DNA of 64,000 bases from Candidatus Hydrogenedentota bacterium (GTDB lineage Bacteria > Hydrogenedentota > Hydrogenedentia > Hydrogenedentales > SLHB01): NCBI GenBank assembly GCA_963674865.2, contig CAXXYE010000004.1, positions 640,001-704,000 of the forward strand. The letters run 5' to 3'. Below the pieces are notes generated by a model. It was not told the DNA's origin. It did not search any database and worked only from the letters and a program-made list of their open reading frames with translations. Below, one piece after another: positions 59,415 through 64,000 of the stretch (positions within the stretch are counted from its first letter, which is position 1; every line of letters starts with the position of its first letter). The position numbers and the translations under genes are program-made.

Positions 59415-60454
59415 GTCGTCGACACCTCCGGGCCAACGGCTTGCGGCGGATCGCCATCATCCGGCTCGTCCTGCCGCTCAGCCTGCCCTTTCGCCCATCC
59501 CCACAGACTCCAAACCCATGAGTCATCCTCGTGATAGCCGGCAATCGCTGCCTTCTCTTTGCACTGCACTATCCAGTCCCGCCAGTTGGGATTCTCCCAC
59601 GCCTTCAGGCGTTCCGCCCAAACAAGCTCCTCGCACATGTCAGAACTCAGGATGTCAATCTCCGGCAGAATCCCGTTCTCTGAAATGTACTTCTTATACA
59701 CCGTCACAACGCGCTCAACCGCCGCCATCTTCTCGCTCCAATCCGTGGACGCCACGGCGACATCGATGTGCGACGCCGCATCGGCAGCAGGGGAGGGGAG
59801 TTGCCCAAAGGCCCACCTAAGATGCGTCCGCCATGGGTAGTAGCGCCTCGAAATCAGAAACGCCGCGTGAAGCAAAGACTCCATTACCAATCCAAACAGG
59901 ATGTGCGCTTCAGCGATCCGCTTTCGCTTCACACAAGAACGAAGCTCGCCGAAATCCTCCCACAACAACTTCTTCAGACAGAGGAGCAGGCGCTGTTTCC
60001 AGACGGCCCCCGGCATCTGCCGAGGGCCCGTTGCCGCCCGGAGCCGCCGTAGAAAATCCTTCGGATCCCACACGATCAAGTTACTCTGGATCGTGAAAAG
60101 ATCCTCAATGGCTACCTCCTCCCATGGCTTGACCTCGCCACCGTTGAGAAGTTTGTCCATACGTCCCTCAAGGAGCCAGGAAGTGGGCCACACACAGAGC
60201 GTAGATCCCTCCATCTTGTAAGGACACGTCTCCCGCAGGCGCCTGTTGAGAGTCAACTGCAGTTGCCCTCCCTTTTCATGCCACAGCGTGTCGTCAAGAT
60301 AGACGGCCGCCTCCAAATCCGAGGATTCGTCCGCGACACCCAGTCCGGCCGAGCCGAGTACGATAATGCTCATGTCAGCCACGAGCTCGAGATGCTCGCT
60401 TCTGATGGCGGGAATCACCGTGTCCGCGAAATATGCTGCTACATTCTTCGTCAT
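59411..60454 (-). CDS. DUF4037 / nucleotidyltransferase-fold protein
   Basis: GSAGLGVADESSDLE (GS..DxD-like), AAFLISRRYYPWRTHL. Confidence 0.7.
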   Translation of the reverse strand: MTKNVAAYFADTVIPAIRSEHLELVADMSIIVLGSAGLGVADESSDLEAAVYLDDTLWHEKGGQLQLTLNRRLRETCPYKMEGSTLCVWPTSWLLEGRMDKLLNGGEVKPWEEVAIEDLFTIQSNLIVWDPKDFLRRLRAATGPRQMPGAVWKQRLLLCLKKLLWEDFGELRSCVKRKRIAEAHILFGLVMESLLHAAFLISRRYYPWRTHLRWAFGQLPSPAADAASHIDVAVASTDWSEKMAAVERVVTVYKKYISENGILPEIDILSSDMCEELVWAERLKAWENPNWRDWIVQCKEKAAIAGYHEDDSWVWSLWGWAKGQAERQDEPDDGDPPQAVGPEVSTT

Positions 60455-60482
60455 AGCTTCCCCAGCCCCTACAGGCCCGACA

Positions 60483-61607
60483 CTACCGGGAAGATTCCCG
60501 GCACGCATCGACCACAAGCCTGGTTTCCTCCATCGTCCGATTCGGATAGGCCGTCACGTTCAGGATGAAATGATCCCACGGCTTCGCCTCGCCGATCATC
60601 TGCCGGATGCTTGCGCGCACGGCGGCGAGGTCGTCCATCGGCCCGGCCAGTTGCTGGACGCCGGCAATGATGGTGATGCGCCCACCCAACGCCTTCCGCC
60701 CTTCCGCCACCGTAACGTCGCCGAGCGGCGGAATGGTGAAGGCATGCACCGCATCCATCGTCGTGCGGCGATAGAGCGGTAAAAGGTCGCGAATCAGCCC
60801 GCAGGAATGGTGAAAGTACAGCTTTCCGGCCCCATGCGCCCGCGCGGCGCGCACATCAGTGAGATTGAGGTTGTAAGACTCAAACATGGCCGGCGAGATG
60901 GCTGTCGTCGAGGTGTCGTCAACGCTTACCACCGCGTCAATGTCGGACTGCACACCGACGGCTAGGCGTTTCAGATAGTTGGCCTCCATCACGGCAAAGC
61001 AGTCCCGCAGCGCATCCGGCGCGTCCGCCCAGAGATACGTCAACGCCGCCACGCCCGAATAGATGCGGTACATCATCCCCAGCGGCGTGCCGGCCATGGC
61101 GCCGAGAAGCATCCCGTCATCGCCGATCAGTTCCCGCCGCTCGCGCGTGCGCGCGATGGCATCGGTGTCCTGCTCTATGACCTCGTCTTCAAAGATGGAG
61201 GCCAACGCGGCCAAATCGCGCGGCCCCTTCACCAGGTGCTCCGTCCAATTGCTGGACACGGCGCCATTGCCTTCCCGGCAGACTCGGATCACCTCGCTCA
61301 AGTCGCCTTTCGGCGTATGCCAGATGCGCGTGTTGACATCCCCCTTGGTAACCTCCTCGACCTCAACTCTTCGCCGCGTGATGCGCGCCGGCAGTCCGTA
61401 CCAGTCCATAATGTCGAGTCCGAGATACCGCGAGAACACCACGGTGGCTTCGTCATTCCAGTGCACCTCGCCGAGCGCAGCGGCTAGTTCCGGATCCATC
61501 CCGTCGCGATTCGGCTGGTTGTACGGATCGCAGTGGCCGACCACGGGAACCCAGTCCGGCGTCTCATGCCGAAAGACACGCAGCAGATTCTCTCGTCGGC
61601 TAATCAT
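60483..61607 (-). CDS. Uroporphyrinogen decarboxylase (URO-D) family protein
   Basis: MISRRENLL..PDWVPV, TPKGDL, ISPAMF, HHSCG, PPLGDV. Confidence 0.85.
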   Translation of the reverse strand: MISRRENLLRVFRHETPDWVPVVGHCDPYNQPNRDGMDPELAAALGEVHWNDEATVVFSRYLGLDIMDWYGLPARITRRRVEVEEVTKGDVNTRIWHTPKGDLSEVIRVCREGNGAVSSNWTEHLVKGPRDLAALASIFEDEVIEQDTDAIARTRERRELIGDDGMLLGAMAGTPLGMMYRIYSGVAALTYLWADAPDALRDCFAVMEANYLKRLAVGVQSDIDAVVSVDDTSTTAISPAMFESYNLNLTDVRAARAHGAGKLYFHHSCGLIRDLLPLYRRTTMDAVHAFTIPPLGDVTVAEGRKALGGRITIIAGVQQLAGPMDDLAAVRASIRQMIGEAKPWDHFILNVTAYPNRTMEETRLVVDACRESSR

Positions 61608-61689
61608 GGACTCAGAGCTTTCCCTACATCCAACGCCAGGCACCCACCGCAGCAGCCACGAAGACGGGACGCGCCCTTGTTCGCCCTCC

Positions 61690-62649
61690 TCATTCCGTAC
61701 ACAGGGAGATCAGATCATCGACATGTGCTGTCGCAAGACACTCCACGGTATCCGCGGCGCCATAGTAGATCTTCACCTCGCCGCTGTCCTCCAGTATCAA
61801 TCCGCCCGGGAACAGTACGCTGCCGCGGAATCCTTCCAGTTCATACGGCTCCTCGGGGACCATGAGGGGCTCGCCATACATCCCCTTGACAACCCACGGC
61901 CTTTCGAGGTCGAGCAGCATGAGGCCGATGGTATACGTCTTGAACCAGTTCCGATGCCACGCGGGCAATTCCTTGGTGTCGTCGATGGCGACAGCATGAA
62001 AGAGGGTGAGCCAACCTGCCGGCGTCTTGACGGGCGGGGCGCCTGGCCCGATCTTGGCATTGGCCCACGGAACCTGCTCGCAGCCGAGGACAAGCCGCGT
62101 ATTCCCCCAATAGACGCCATCAGGCGACTCCGAGAACCAGAGGTCGAAGCTTTCCCGCGCGCGCCGCCCATAGCTCGAGAAGGGCCTCTCCAGGCGCATC
62201 GACTTCCCGCCGCGCCTTTCCGGGAAGAGCACCATATTCCGGTTGTCGGGGGCCGACAGACTCAGGACTTCCCATGTGTCGAAATCATCCGTCACGGCGA
62301 TGCCGCCGCGGACGCCGTGGTGCGTGTCCACCGCGAAGCATAGGTAGCAGCGGCCATCGATCACCGTGATCCTCGGATCGTAGGCCCGCTTGACCTCATC
62401 ATCCTTCCACTCGATCCACGGCTTCGGCTGCGCCTGCCAGGAGACGCCGTCATCGGAGAAGGCCACACCTACATTTGTGCCCTCGAAATGCGCACTGCCC
62501 GGCTTGCCGCCATAGTCATTGCGGAACGCCATCACGTACTTGCCCTGGTACTTGGCCACGCCCGCGTTGAACACCAGCGTCGCCGGATAGGGGATATCCG
62601 ACGCGCTGAGAATAGGATTGCCCGGATACCTCTTGATCACGCTATTCAT
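61690..62649 (-). CDS. GH130 glycoside phosphorylase / hydrolase
   Basis: RYPGNPIL, VFNAG, YDPRIT, DNRNMVLFPE, KIGPGAPP, KIYYGAADT. Confidence 0.93.
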   Translation of the reverse strand: MNSVIKRYPGNPILSASDIPYPATLVFNAGVAKYQGKYVMAFRNDYGGKPGSAHFEGTNVGVAFSDDGVSWQAQPKPWIEWKDDEVKRAYDPRITVIDGRCYLCFAVDTHHGVRGGIAVTDDFDTWEVLSLSAPDNRNMVLFPERRGGKSMRLERPFSSYGRRARESFDLWFSESPDGVYWGNTRLVLGCEQVPWANAKIGPGAPPVKTPAGWLTLFHAVAIDDTKELPAWHRNWFKTYTIGLMLLDLERPWVVKGMYGEPLMVPEEPYELEGFRGSVLFPGGLILEDSGEVKIYYGAADTVECLATAHVDDLISLCTE

Positions 62650-62677
62650 GCTTGTCCTCAGCCTTGCCTACCCCGCA

Positions 62678-63202
62678 TCACACTTCATGCGCCGATTCCG
62701 CCCGGCCTTCCACTATACGGCCCAACTCCGACTTGATATAGGGAATGTCCTTCCTGCCTATCGCCTTGCCGGCCTGGAGAAAGACAAGGCCCCCGGCAAG
62801 CATTCCGACACTGGGGAGGGCAAAGGCAAGCAGGATGAGTCCTCCCTTGCCCCCTGCGGCCGTGAGGACTCCTGCAAGCCCCACGACAATCAAAAAACCA
62901 AACCAGAGAGCCATGAAGGCTCTGATCAGTCGGCCCATCCTGAAGTTGCCTTCGACGACAGTGTGCCCATCCGCGACTCGGATCGAGCCGCAGAAACAAG
63001 GAGCGAACGAATTGCCGACGAAAGGCCGAAGGCGCCAGAGCTTCAGTTGGGTGACAGTCACTTTTCCCGCGAGGCGCTCCTTCGTGAAGAAAGTGACGGC
63101 GCTCGTGCGCCTCGCGTCCTTCAGCTTTTCCTCGATCTCAGCCGGAGTCAAGGACGTGACGATTCGCAGCGTATCCTCATACGACATTAGCTTCTTGAAC
63201 AT
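62678..63202 (-). CDS. Hypothetical membrane protein (2 TM)
   Basis: ATG 2 bp after the upstream stop; two hydrophobic helices. Confidence 0.7.
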   Translation of the reverse strand: MFKKLMSYEDTLRIVTSLTPAEIEEKLKDARRTSAVTFFTKERLAGKVTVTQLKLWRLRPFVGNSFAPCFCGSIRVADGHTVVEGNFRMGRLIRAFMALWFGFLIVVGLAGVLTAAGGKGGLILLAFALPSVGMLAGGLVFLQAGKAIGRKDIPYIKSELGRIVEGRAESAHEV

Positions 63203-63204
63203 CT

Positions 63205-64000
63205 TCAGCCCCCCTGCCCAGATGTGCCATTCCCTTGACTCCGCCCATCCAGGCCCAAATCCCCGAGGCCCACGGATGAGATCCAGATATCCTCCTTGCC
63301 CATCGAGTACAGCACGTAGAGACGGCCCTCGAACACCAGTCCACACGGATACTGGCCGCCGCCCCTGCCTCGCCCGCCGACATTCGGTACGCGGTGTTTC
63401 TGCACGCCCGTGCGCAACGCATACGCGCGCGTGAACAGGTAGCCATCCTCACTGACGGAAACCGTCAGCGGATCTCGCGGATAGTGCCTCACCTCGTCAG
63501 GATTGTCGAACTTCGGAGCGACGTGATTGCCGATCAGCAGAACCGTGCCGTCATCCAATACGACGGCATCCGACAGACTGGGCGAATCGGGAATATCCGT
63601 TGGCACGGCCGCCGGCCACGTCTCCCCATCATCCGACAGGCTGACGTACATCCGGTGCGAATACTCGTCGTCACGCAGCAGGCACACCCGCTTTCCGTCG
63701 CGGGCTCGGTAGTAAACCGGCTCGCATGGCCGCACCGAATCCACAGCCGTGCGCGCGCCCGCGGGGGAGCGCTCCTCCATGGCATCCTCCAGCGCTCTAG
63801 CTACACCGTCAAGCGCCTCATTGGGGGGAGCGAGCGCCTCCGTGAGCGGCTCACCGGCCATCAGTTCCCTCGTGTTCGGCAGGGCGAAGACGGGCCCAAG
63901 AGACAGGCCGCCACCCGAGGCGTCAACGGCTCGGGCAACCTTGCCGATGAATTCCCTCGCCTTGAACGGATGCTCTTCATCTCGGTGATCCTGCACCGAA
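63205..64000 (-). CDS. BNR/Asp-box sialidase-like protein, C-terminal part
   Basis: SLSDDGETW and VSEDGYLF Asp-boxes, RDPL, GQYP, LYVLYS; 5' end lies beyond the window. Confidence 0.8.
   Translation of the reverse strand, partial: SVQDHRDEEHPFKAREFIGKVARAVDASGGGLSLGPVFALPNTRELMAGEPLTEALAPPNEALDGVARALEDAMEERSPAGARTAVDSVRPCEPVYYRARDGKRVCLLRDDEYSHRMYVSLSDDGETWPAAVPTDIPDSPSLSDAVVLDDGTVLLIGNHVAPKFDNPDEVRHYPRDPLTVSVSEDGYLFTRAYALRTGVQKHRVPNVGGRGRGGGQYPCGLVFEGRLYVLYSMGKEDIWISSVGLGDLGLDGRSQGNGTSGQGG

Overview
GC-rich bacterial chromosomal segment with no prophage, integrase, transposase or CRISPR. Gene content suggests a diderm, carbohydrate-degrading lineage such as Ca. Hydrogenedentota or a PVC-like group (inference only). 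In order: the 5' part of a large minus-strand sensor gene (2 solute-binding domains, TM, at least 4 PAS; absent from the ORF track); a degenerate radical SAM/SPASM-like gene; a 151-bp MITE; tRNA-Gly and tRNA-Lys; CAZyme-like genes; an Opp/Dpp-type ABC operon; tRNA-Leu(TAG)-tig-clpP-clpX-lon-engB; GH51 and GT2; an ECF sigma/anti-sigma pair; a type II secretion cluster (gspEFGHIJK, L/M-like, C-like, D); sulfatase-like, GH4, aldolase and metallophosphoesterase genes; an S41 peptidase; yhcH; tRNA-Leu(AAG); and a minus-strand sugar-catabolism run. Most notable: (1) an intact tRNA-Leu with the rare AAG anticodon and its own promoter and terminator, implying possible non-Arg I34 editing; (2) a secretin ending in an ExbD/TolR-like domain; (3) a radical SAM-like protein lacking CX3CX2C; (4) a modular family of nested palindromic repeats, including a MITE with target duplication; (5) a recurrent 25-bp intergenic dyad; (6) two paralogous unknown membrane-anchored proteins, each next to a repeat cluster. 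All domain calls are by eye; no searches were run.
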